A DNA stretch of 64,000 nucleotides from Desulfobacterales bacterium (GTDB lineage: Bacteria > Desulfobacterota > Desulfobacteria > Desulfobacterales > UBA2174): positions 120,074 to 184,073 of the forward strand of contig CAXXWC010000015.1 of assembly GCA_963668645.2 (NCBI GenBank), written 5' to 3'. The translations under genes and the position numbers were made by a program. A model generated the notes under the pieces. The model did no database searches and had not been told where the DNA came from. It was given only the letters and a program-made list of their open reading frames with translations. Shown in pieces: positions 51,959-62,477 of the stretch. The first letter of the stretch is position 1. Each line of letters starts with the position of its first letter.

Positions 51959-51982
51959 TCCGTCCGATCGGTCCGATCGGAC
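51953..51982. repeat. 9-bp-period repeat with a GTCC-N4-GGAC palindrome
   Basis: CTCTGATCC GTCCGATCG GTCCGATCG GAC. Confidence 0.65.
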
Positions 51983-52019
51983 AACAGCAGCCGAACTAAC
52001 CAAAACCGGAGGTTTTTGC

Positions 52020-54023
52020 ATGTACCGCCACCTGTTTTCCCCCATAACGATCAACAAACTCGAAGTCAAAAACCGCATCGCCTACCCGGCCCTGGGTCTG
52101 CTCTACTCCTACGACAGCCGGCTCAACGAGCGCTACTACGCCTATTTTCGCCAGCGCGCCCGGGGCGGGGCCGGGATCGTCACCGTGGGACCGGTGGGGG
52201 TGGACCACATCGGTTCGGGCCTGTTCGCCCTGAGCCTGCGCGACGACGAATACATCCCCGCCTTCGAGAAGCTCACCGCGACGATCCGCGCCGAGGGGGC
52301 CCGGGCCTTCGTACAGTTGTTCCACGCCGGAGGCTATTCCCACCCGATCCTGATCGACGGCAAGACCCCCATCGGCCCCTCCCCGGTGTACAATCCCTAT
52401 GCCAAGGTCACCCCGCGGGAGATGACCACCGATGATATCCAGACCGTCCAGGAGGCTTTTGCCGCCGCCGCAGCCCGGGCCGTGGCGGCCGGATTCGACG
52501 GGGTGGAGATCATCGCCTCGGCCGGATACCTGATCACCCAGTTCCTCTCGCCGCTGCGCAACCAGCGCACGGATCAATACGGCGGCAGCTTCGAGAACCG
52601 GGTGCGCTTCGGCCGCGAGACCATCGAGCGGGTGCGCCGGCGTATCGGCCCGGACGTGGCCCTCTCGGTGCGCATGGCGGGCAACGATTTCGTACCCGGA
52701 TCGAACACGGACAGCGAAACCCCGGCCATCGCCCGGGTCTACCAGGCGGCCGGGGTGGATGTGATCAACGTCACCGGCGGCTGGCACGAATCCAAGGTGC
52801 CCCAGCTGCCCATGGAACTGCCCCGCTCGGCCTACGCCTACCTGGCCCTGAACATCAAGAAGGCCGTTTCGGTGCCGGTGATGGCCTCCAACCGCATCGC
52901 CACTCCCGCGATGGCCGAAAAGATCCTGCGCGACGGCTGCGCCGACATGGTCAACCTCGGCCGGGTGCTCATCGCCGATCCCGAATGGCCCCGCAAGGCC
53001 TTCGAGGGCCGGGCCGACGAGATCCGCCCCTGCGTGGCCTGCTCGCAAGGGTGCACCGACCAGATCTTTTCCGGCCAGCCGGTCTTTTGCGTGGGCAACC
53101 CCCTGGCCGGGTTCGAAACCGAGCGAGCCCTCGCACCGGCCTCGCCGCCCAAGCGGGTCATGGTGGTGGGCGCCGGTGCGGCCGGACTCGAAGCGGCCGT
53201 CACGGCCGCCATGCGCGGCCACCGGGTGGCGCTCTATGAAAAGTCCGACGAGATCGGCGGCCAGATCTGGCTGGCCGGGGCCCCGCCCCACAAGCGCGAA
53301 CTGCTCGAATTCGTGCGCTACTACCGGGCCATGCTGCACCGCTGCGACATCCAGGTGCGCCTCAACACCCCGGTGGACCTGGAAACGGTGCGCCGGGACG
53401 CACCGGATCATGTCATCGTGGCCGAGGGGGCCGAGGCCCTGGTACCCCCCATCCCTGGAATCGAGGCCCCCAACGTGCTTACCGCCTGGCAGGTGCTGCG
53501 CGACAACCCCCTGCTGGGCAGGCGGGTGGCGGTCATCGGCGGCGGGGCCGTGGGCCTGGAAACAGCCCTGTTCGTAGCCGCCAAGGGGACCCTGACCCCG
53601 GAGATCCTCCATTTCCTCTTCGCCTACCAGGCCGAGCCTCCCGAACGGCTGCGCGAACTGATGTACCGGGGCACCAGCCGGGTGACGGTCTTCGAGATGC
53701 TGCCCAAGGCCGGCGCCGACGTGGGAAAATCGACCAAATGGATCCTCATGGCCAACCTGGAGCACCACGGCGTCAAGATCCGCACCAACACCAAGGTGAG
53801 CGCCATCCAGGACGGCCGGATCATGACTCTGGAGACCGAAGGCGGGAGCCTGGAGGAAGAATTCGACACCGTCATCGTGGCCTCGGGTTCAAGACCGGTC
53901 CGGCACCTGAGCACGGCCCTGGCCGAGGCCGGGATCCCCTACACCGCGGTTGGCGACACCCTGGGGCCGGGAAAACTCAACGATGCGATTCACGGGGGAT
54001 TTCTGGCTGCGTTGAAAATTTAA
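52020..54023 (+). CDS. fadH: 2,4-dienoyl-CoA reductase-like NADH:flavin oxidoreductase
   Basis: OYE barrel (GYLITQFL..N.RTDQYGGSFENR, GWHES), CVACSQGC..C, GAGAAG, GGGAVG. Confidence 0.8.
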   Translation: MYRHLFSPITINKLEVKNRIAYPALGLLYSYDSRLNERYYAYFRQRARGGAGIVTVGPVGVDHIGSGLFALSLRDDEYIPAFEKLTATIRAEGARAFVQLFHAGGYSHPILIDGKTPIGPSPVYNPYAKVTPREMTTDDIQTVQEAFAAAAARAVAAGFDGVEIIASAGYLITQFLSPLRNQRTDQYGGSFENRVRFGRETIERVRRRIGPDVALSVRMAGNDFVPGSNTDSETPAIARVYQAAGVDVINVTGGWHESKVPQLPMELPRSAYAYLALNIKKAVSVPVMASNRIATPAMAEKILRDGCADMVNLGRVLIADPEWPRKAFEGRADEIRPCVACSQGCTDQIFSGQPVFCVGNPLAGFETERALAPASPPKRVMVVGAGAAGLEAAVTAAMRGHRVALYEKSDEIGGQIWLAGAPPHKRELLEFVRYYRAMLHRCDIQVRLNTPVDLETVRRDAPDHVIVAEGAEALVPPIPGIEAPNVLTAWQVLRDNPLLGRRVAVIGGGAVGLETALFVAAKGTLTPEILHFLFAYQAEPPERLRELMYRGTSRVTVFEMLPKAGADVGKSTKWILMANLEHHGVKIRTNTKVSAIQDGRIMTLETEGGSLEEEFDTVIVASGSRPVRHLSTALAEAGIPYTAVGDTLGPGKLNDAIHGGFLAALKI

Positions 54024-54085
54024 GAAGCGGTCTGCCGTTCGGCCAAACCGCAAGAGACGTGTCCGCCCTGGCAGCCCTGGGCTGG

Positions 54086-54835
54086 CTAACCCTGCGACAA
54101 GCCCCGAAGCAGAGCCAGCACGTTTTGCCCCAGGACCTTGTGGTTGTAACCGCCTTCGAGGGCCGCGAAACAACCGCCGCCGCTGCGCCGGGCCGCCCGG
54201 CGCACCAGGCTTCCGATTCGGGTGTAGTCCTCGGTGGCCAGGATGCGGCCCCAGTCCTGAAGGTGGGCGTCGAACCCGGCCGATATGCCGATCATGTCCA
54301 CCGCCTGATCGGCAAGAAGCCGCTCCACGGTGCTCATGTACGCCTGGCGTGAGTGGTCGGAAGGATTCTCGATGCGCACCCAGCGCCGGTTGCCGAGAAT
54401 ATTGACCGTCCCGTCGCCGTAGTGCAGGTCGATGTCCAGGACCAGCGCGGAGTCGATCTGCCGGCGCTGGCGCAATTCCTGCAATGCGATGGCCATGTTG
54501 TTGAAGTGGCAAAAACCCCAGGCATCATCGGCCGAGGCGTGGTGGCCCGGCGGGCGCACCAGGGCCAGGCAGGGTTCACCCAGGCCGATCCCGGCGGCCT
54601 GAATAGTGGCCCCGGCCGCCAGGGCGGCGATCTCATAGATCCCCTGGCGCACCACCTCGGCCATATGATCCTCGGTGTGGATGGCGCCGATCTGCTCGGC
54701 GGTTGCCGGCCGGGCCTCGACGAATTCAACCTCCCCTTCGATGATATTGACGATGGCTTCCATGCGCCCGGCCTCGGCGGCTGGATCGGAATCGTAAACC
54801 TGGCAGAACGCCTCGTCGAAAACGACCTTGATCAT
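54086..54835 (-). CDS. Histone deacetylase family protein
   Basis: RPPGHHA, GFC.FNN, DIDLHYGDGT, SAGFD, LEGGY. Confidence 0.92.
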   Translation of the reverse strand: MIKVVFDEAFCQVYDSDPAAEAGRMEAIVNIIEGEVEFVEARPATAEQIGAIHTEDHMAEVVRQGIYEIAALAAGATIQAAGIGLGEPCLALVRPPGHHASADDAWGFCHFNNMAIALQELRQRRQIDSALVLDIDLHYGDGTVNILGNRRWVRIENPSDHSRQAYMSTVERLLADQAVDMIGISAGFDAHLQDWGRILATEDYTRIGSLVRRAARRSGGGCFAALEGGYNHKVLGQNVLALLRGLSQG

Positions 54836-54891
54836 GGCAGGTCTCCTGGCGCGGGGTTGGGAAAGGGCAAAAGAGCGGAGGGTAGAGAGTA

Positions 54892-54988
54892 AAAGGACCC
54901 AAAGGACATAAAGGACGAGACCCCGCCTATGCATCAAAAGATGTGCTTTTGAGTCCTTTGCGTCCCTTGGGTCCTTTTTGTCCTTTTT
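54892..54988. repeat. Inverted array of 9-mers
   Basis: AAAGGACCC AAAGGACAT AAAGGAC, about 36 nt, then GTCCTTTGC GTCCCTTGG GTCCTTTTT GTCCTTTTT. Confidence 0.75.
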
Positions 54989-55011
54989 GTTTTTTCCTTT
55001 TCTTTCTCCCC

Positions 55012-55698
55012 TCAACGAGCCATCAACGCCTGCAAACGCGCCACCACCGGGCCCAGCCGCGGCTGGTGCTCCGGCGCAATCATCAGCATTTTCACCGGCC
55101 GGTTGGCCGGCAGACCGGAAGCCCCGGGTTGGAGCATCTGACTGCGGTAGACCGAGCAGGCTTGCGGATCGTTGAAAAGAAAAAGCACGTCGATGAGGTT
55201 GCCCGTGGCCCCGGGCACATCCAGGTGCTCGATCACCTGCTGGAAGACGGTGTTCAGCGTGATGCGGTAATCGTCCATGGCGGCCCATCCGTCCGGCCGG
55301 CAGACGGCGGCCGAGGCCATGGCGCGGCAGGCAAAGGGCCGCAGGTCGTACAGGGGGCACAAATCATCCGCTAAAAGGGGGCAGGGCGTCCAGGCCGGGT
55401 CACAGTCCTCTTCGGGCGGATCGGTGTCGCCCATGGCCAGTTCGGCCAGATGGTTGACGGTGATCTGCGGCCGGAAGCGGTCCAGGCGGGCGGCTGGCCC
55501 CAGGCGTTGATAGAGCCGGCCCAGGGCCTGACGCTCCAGGCCGGCCACGATCCGGCAGGCTTCTAAGGTGGTCAGGGTCACGTTGCGGGTGCAGCAGTGG
55601 GCGCAGCCCTTTTGGCAGGCGGCCGGCAGCGGCGCCACGGCATCGTCGTAGAGCCGGTATATCGCCTTAAGAAGTTCCAGCTTGGCATCGATGTGCAT
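55012..55698 (-). CDS. YkgJ-family cysteine cluster protein
   Basis: CQKGCAHCC, CPLL, CPLYDLRPFACR. Confidence 0.85.
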   Translation of the reverse strand: MHIDAKLELLKAIYRLYDDAVAPLPAACQKGCAHCCTRNVTLTTLEACRIVAGLERQALGRLYQRLGPAARLDRFRPQITVNHLAELAMGDTDPPEEDCDPAWTPCPLLADDLCPLYDLRPFACRAMASAAVCRPDGWAAMDDYRITLNTVFQQVIEHLDVPGATGNLIDVLFLFNDPQACSVYRSQMLQPGASGLPANRPVKMLMIAPEHQPRLGPVVARLQALMAR

Positions 55699-55728
55699 GG
55701 ACGTCTTTCCCGTGATTGGAAGCCGGAC

Positions 55729-58005
55729 TCATAAAAGACCGCGCTGTTCGGGCATGACACACTCCAGGCGGTCGACCCGCTGGAAGCCGCGGGGCAGCTT
55801 GCGGCCGCGCAGCCCCCGCTGGCCCCTGAACTCGGACCAGTGGGCCGGCTTGAGATTGAGAAAACGCTTGCCGGCATGCACCACCAGGATACTGTCCGGC
55901 CCGATGACGGCCAGCACAGCCAGGTTCTCCAGCCCTTCGCGGGCCCGCTTGGGCGGGATCTGGATGATCTTGTTCCCCTTGCCCCGGACCAGCTCGGGAA
56001 GATCGGCCAGCGGGAAGATCAGCATGCGCCCCTCGCTGCTCACTGCCACCAGCAGGCTGCGCTCGAGCTCTTGCAGGACCAGGGGCGTCAAAGGTTGGGC
56101 CCCCGGCGGCAACGTCAGGACCTGCTTGCCGCCGCGGTTCTTGCCGATCAGGTCCTCCAGGCGGCAGATAAAACCGTAGCCGGCATCCGAAGCCAGCAGC
56201 AGCCGCATCTCGTCCGGCCCCATGAGCAGATGGCGCACCCGGGCCTCGGACGGCAGCTGGAGCCGGCCGCTGAGCGGTTCCCCCTGGCCCCGGGCCGAGG
56301 CCAGACCGTGTACCGGCAGGCTGTAGCTGCGGCCGGTGGAATCGAGAAACACCGCTACCTGGCTGCTCTTGCCGCGGGCCGCTTCGAGAAACCGGTCGCC
56401 GGCCCGGTAGCTGAGTTTTTCCGGATCCACCTCGTGCCCCTTGGCCGCACGGATCCAGCCTTTGTGGGAAAGGACCACGGTCACCGGCTCGGCCGGCTGG
56501 ATATCGACGGCCGTCAGGGCCTGGGCCTCGCGCCGGGCCACCACCGCCGTGCGCCGCGGGTCGCCGAAGCGTTGGGCGTCGGCGGCCAGCTCTTTGCTCA
56601 CCAGTCGCCGCAACTGCTTTTCGGAAGCGAGAATCCGTTCCAGATCAACTTTTTCCACGGCCAATTTTTCCTGCTCGGCGCGGATCTGGATCTCTTCGAT
56701 GCGCGCCAGCTGGCGCAGGCGCAGTTCCAGGATGGCTTCGGCCTGGCGTTCGGTCAGGCTGAAGCGTTCGATCAACGCCGCCTTGGGATCATCGGACCGG
56801 CGGATGATGGCGATGACCTCATCGATGTTCAGGTAGACGATCTGCAGTGCTTCCAAAACATGAAGCCGGTCGCCCACCTTGTCCAGGCGATGCTGCAGGC
56901 GGCGGCGCACCGTTTCCAGGCGAAAGGCAAGCCATTCGCCCAAGATTTCGGCCAGGTTGCGCACCCGGGGCCGGCCGTCCATGCCGATCATGTTCAGGTT
57001 GACCCGGTAGGGCCGCTCCAGGTCTGTGGTAGCAAAAAGGTGGCCCATGAGCTGGTCCACGTCGATGCGGTTCGAACGCGGCACGATCACCAGGCGCACC
57101 GGCTCTTCGTGGTCCGACTCGTCGCGCAGGTCGGCCACCATGGGCAGCTTCTTGGCCTGCATCTGGGCCGCGATCTGCTCCATCACCCGGGCACCCGAGA
57201 CCTGGTGCGGCAGGGCGCGGATCACGATATCGCCGTTTTCCCGCTCCCAGACGGCCCGCATGCGAAAAGATCCGGCACCGCTGCGATAAATATCGATCAA
57301 TTCCTCCCGGGGGGTGATGATCTCGGCGCCGGTGGGCAGATCCGGCCCCTGGACAAAGGTGCACAGGGTCTCCACGTCGGCCCCGGGATTTTCCAGCAGG
57401 TGGCGGCAGGCGTCCACCACCTCGCCCAGGTTGTGGGACGGGATATCGGTAGCCATGCCCACGGCGATGCCGCTGGCCCCGTTGAGCAGCACGTTGGGCA
57501 GCCGTGCCGGCAGCCGGCACGGCTCCTGCAGCGTGCCGTCGAAGTTGGGCCGCCAGTCCACCGTGCCCTGCCCCAGTTCGGCCAAAAGGGTATCGGCGTA
57601 GGGTCCCAGGCGGGCTTCGGTGTAGCGCATGGCGGCAAAGGACTTGGGGTCGTCCAAAGAGCCCCAGTTGCCCTGCCCGTCGATGAGCGGATAGCGGTAG
57701 GTGAACGGCTGGGCCATGATCACCATGGCTTCGTAGCAGGCCGTGTCGCCGTGGGGGTGAAACTTGCCCAGCACGTCGCCCACGGTGCGGGCCGATTTTT
57801 TGTGTTTGGCCGCAGCCCGCAGCCCCAGTTCGCTCATGGCATAGACGATGCGCCGCTGGACCGGCTTGAGCCCGTCGCTCACATGGGGCAGGGCCCGGTC
57901 CAGGATTACGTACATGGCGTAGTCGAGATAGGCCTTCTCACTGAACGCCGCCAGGGGCTGGCGTTCGATGCCTTCAAAGGCGATGGGAGGGGTGCTTTCG
58001 GTCAT
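55729..58005 (-). CDS. parC: DNA topoisomerase IV subunit A
   Basis: [33 protein letters not shown]; 758 aa. Confidence 0.95.
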   Translation of the reverse strand: MTESTPPIAFEGIERQPLAAFSEKAYLDYAMYVILDRALPHVSDGLKPVQRRIVYAMSELGLRAAAKHKKSARTVGDVLGKFHPHGDTACYEAMVIMAQPFTYRYPLIDGQGNWGSLDDPKSFAAMRYTEARLGPYADTLLAELGQGTVDWRPNFDGTLQEPCRLPARLPNVLLNGASGIAVGMATDIPSHNLGEVVDACRHLLENPGADVETLCTFVQGPDLPTGAEIITPREELIDIYRSGAGSFRMRAVWERENGDIVIRALPHQVSGARVMEQIAAQMQAKKLPMVADLRDESDHEEPVRLVIVPRSNRIDVDQLMGHLFATTDLERPYRVNLNMIGMDGRPRVRNLAEILGEWLAFRLETVRRRLQHRLDKVGDRLHVLEALQIVYLNIDEVIAIIRRSDDPKAALIERFSLTERQAEAILELRLRQLARIEEIQIRAEQEKLAVEKVDLERILASEKQLRRLVSKELAADAQRFGDPRRTAVVARREAQALTAVDIQPAEPVTVVLSHKGWIRAAKGHEVDPEKLSYRAGDRFLEAARGKSSQVAVFLDSTGRSYSLPVHGLASARGQGEPLSGRLQLPSEARVRHLLMGPDEMRLLLASDAGYGFICRLEDLIGKNRGGKQVLTLPPGAQPLTPLVLQELERSLLVAVSSEGRMLIFPLADLPELVRGKGNKIIQIPPKRAREGLENLAVLAVIGPDSILVVHAGKRFLNLKPAHWSEFRGQRGLRGRKLPRGFQRVDRLECVMPEQRGLL

Positions 58006-58045
58006 GGCACAATGGTCTCTGGGGGTCTTTTGCTGTTTTATATGC

Positions 58046-58072
58046 CCTATAAGTCCTATAGGACCTATAGCC
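58046..58072. repeat. 9-bp-period repeat with a GTCC-N4-GGAC palindrome
   Basis: CCTATAAGT CCTATAGGA CCTATAGCC between parE and parC. Confidence 0.65.
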
Positions 58073-58081
58073 TTCGCGCTT

Positions 58082-59992
<1,911 letters not shown>

Positions 59993-60189
59993 GGTGCCTT
60001 ATTCCCCTTTTTCCCGAGCCGCGGCGGCGGCAGGGGCACCATAGCGCATCTGGTGGAATTTGCAACCGCGCCGGATCGGCGCTTGGCTTTGTGCGCCGGC
60101 TGCCGGGGGCGGTAAAAAGTGCAAACCCGCGGCCGGATCTCAGGTGCGCTTTGTCCGTCTCTGCTTGAATAGCCCGAAGCGGTTCTGCG

Positions 60190-60528
60190 CTACTTGAACA
60201 GATTTTCCAGCGGGTCGCGTTCTTCTATCGGCAGCGGCTTGGATTCGAAATCGACGCACACGATCTGCTGGCAGAGCTCCTGCAGCCTGGCCACCACGAC
60301 CTGGTGGTCCGGATGAATCTGGTAGCGCTGCATGGATTCCAGGTTGGCAAACCCCGATACCAGGGCGAAGTCCCAGGACCGGGCCGAGTGCAGAACATCC
60401 CGCCCGAATTCGTAGGTCTGGATCTCGACGATCCGGTTGGGCAGGTCGTCCAGGGCGCGCTCCAGGGCATCGACATCCTCGGCGCCCACCTCGGGTTTGA
60501 ATTTCATCAAGACGATATGTTGCAGCAT
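60190..60528 (-). CDS. Dabb (stress-responsive alpha/beta barrel) protein
   Basis: MLQHIVLMKFK, YQIHPDHQ, CVDF. Confidence 0.85.
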   Translation of the reverse strand: MLQHIVLMKFKPEVGAEDVDALERALDDLPNRIVEIQTYEFGRDVLHSARSWDFALVSGFANLESMQRYQIHPDHQVVVARLQELCQQIVCVDFESKPLPIEERDPLENLFK

Positions 60529-60654
60529 CCCATCCTCCGCAAATCGCCCGGCCCCCCACAAAAAAACCGGAAGCGCCAGGCGGTCTAAGATCTCGCCGAA
60601 AGACTTGTCCTTATCTCCGAGCGGGTAAAGGGTCAACAGGCAATCGGGCAGGGT

Positions 60655-61668
60655 TCAGGCCTGGCGGCGCTCCAGGATCTCGGCCACGGCATCTTCGGCG
60701 GCCGCGCGCACCTCGGCATCGACTTCGTCTTCCACCAAGGCGGTGATCCTGGAGATGGTTTCGGCGTTTCCCACCATGCCGAGCACCTGCATGACGTCTC
60801 CGCGCACGTTGGCCGGTTGAGGGCGGTAGCGTTCCGATAAAAGGGGCACCGTGCCCAGGGCCAGATCCGCGTCCAGCTCCGCCAGGGTTTCGACGGCCAC
60901 CATGGCCCCGAGCCGCACCGACCAGCGCGGATCCAGGATCAGGTCGATCAGGGCCGGGAAGATCTGCCCGGCCTCGGCCATCATCCCGGCCAGATCGCCG
61001 GCCGCTCCGCTTTCCAGCATCCGCTCCAGCACCGCGGCCGGCAGGCGGGCCGGATCACGATCCACCAGGGCCGGCACCAGGGCCTGGAATTCCACCGTAC
61101 CGGTCCAGCGCAGCCCCCTGTCAAGGATCAGGGTCGGCACGGATTGGATACCGTCCTTGGCGGCACTTTCGGCAAACAGCCCGGCGTCGATGACGGCCAG
61201 GGCCAGGGACGGTGCGGCCGCTGCCAGAGCCGTCAAGCGTCCGATCATGGCCGGGCAAAACGGGCAGTGGGCCCCGACGTACAGATCGAGCTGGGCCGGT
61301 GTGTGCACCTGTGCCAGGGCTTCGGCCTGCTCGCCGGAAAGCGGCGCCGTGGTCAAACCGGCCGTCAAGGCCAAGGCGTCCAAAAAAGGGGCGATCTGCT
61401 TTCCGGCAGGCGCCGCATGAAAGATCAGGTTGGGTGCCAGCCTCAATCCGGGCTGGAAGACGTATTCATCGGTTTCGCGGCGGATGCGCAAAGACGGCAC
61501 CAGCTCGGCCAGGGCCCCGGCGAAACCCTCCACCGCCGCCAGGGCCGGATGCCCGGAAACCCGCACCAGGTCGATACGCAGATCCGGTTCATGCTCCCGG
61601 GCCCAGCGGCGGATGGCATCGGCGTCGTGCGGCGCCAGTCGATAATCTTGAGAATCTGTCGAATTCAT
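60655..61668 (-). CDS. Thioredoxin-fold (AhpF N-terminal-like) protein with HEAT-like C-terminus
   Basis: CPFC, SVP cis-Pro; helical repeats WSVRLGA..., NVRGD..., EVRAAA. Confidence 0.7.
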   Translation of the reverse strand: MNSTDSQDYRLAPHDADAIRRWAREHEPDLRIDLVRVSGHPALAAVEGFAGALAELVPSLRIRRETDEYVFQPGLRLAPNLIFHAAPAGKQIAPFLDALALTAGLTTAPLSGEQAEALAQVHTPAQLDLYVGAHCPFCPAMIGRLTALAAAAPSLALAVIDAGLFAESAAKDGIQSVPTLILDRGLRWTGTVEFQALVPALVDRDPARLPAAVLERMLESGAAGDLAGMMAEAGQIFPALIDLILDPRWSVRLGAMVAVETLAELDADLALGTVPLLSERYRPQPANVRGDVMQVLGMVGNAETISRITALVEDEVDAEVRAAAEDAVAEILERRQA

Positions 61669-61690
61669 GGGAATAATCGCCGTTGTGAAG

Positions 61691-62395
61691 TTAAGGTTGC
61701 CGTGCGTCGCGCGCCTGGTTGAAGCGCACCCAGTCGTCCGCAACGGCCTGCGGGTCGAAGGCCCGGGGGCTTCCCGGCCGGCCGTCGGCCCCGATGCGCA
61801 GCCGCTGCAGCTTGCCCAGGATGATTTCCTTCCACCGGGCCTCGCCCACTTCGGCCGGCCAGGTGATCTCCTCGCGGGGCGCGCCCGGCGCCAAGACCGG
61901 CGGGGCCACACCCACCAGCCCTTCGTAAACATAGACATCCGCGCTGCCGTCCGTCCCGGCGCGCAGGTCGTAGACCGTGCCGCGCACCCCGATCACGGCG
62001 GTGGGAACGCGGTTTTCGAAAAGCCCCAACTGGCCGCCGGCCGTTTTCTGAACCCTGGCCCAGAGCTTGCCCCAAAAAAGCTTGGCCGAATACCGGCGCG
62101 GTTGGCCGGCGTCGAATTGGGCCGCATCGATCTCGTAGATCGAATCCGGAGCCAGGCGGACCACCGAGGCATCCGCCAGGGTCAATTCAACGATCCCGTT
62201 CGCACCGGTGCGCACGTAACTGACCGGGTCCACCGTCTCTCCGGGTTGCAGCGGCGCCCACGGCCCCTGGCGGGCAGCGCCTTTGAAGACATCGCCCTGG
62301 GTGAAGGTTACCCGGCCGCCGGCCGCCAGACACGCCGGCGGCCCGCAAAAGGCCAGAATCCCCGTCAAGAGAAAAACCGCAAAGATTCGCCGCAT
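61691..62395 (-). CDS. Secreted FecR-domain protein
   Basis: Signal peptide; VRTGANG..ELTLAD.S.VRL, PTAVIGVRGT. Confidence 0.8.
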   Translation of the reverse strand: MRRIFAVFLLTGILAFCGPPACLAAGGRVTFTQGDVFKGAARQGPWAPLQPGETVDPVSYVRTGANGIVELTLADASVVRLAPDSIYEIDAAQFDAGQPRRYSAKLFWGKLWARVQKTAGGQLGLFENRVPTAVIGVRGTVYDLRAGTDGSADVYVYEGLVGVAPPVLAPGAPREEITWPAEVGEARWKEIILGKLQRLRIGADGRPGSPRAFDPQAVADDWVRFNQARDARQP

Positions 62396-62477
62396 GATCG
62401 TGCTCCCTGAAAATGGCGGCCCATGGTCCGAACAAAAATCCGTGGGGGCCGGCGACGATCCGTCGAGGCTTGGCGCC

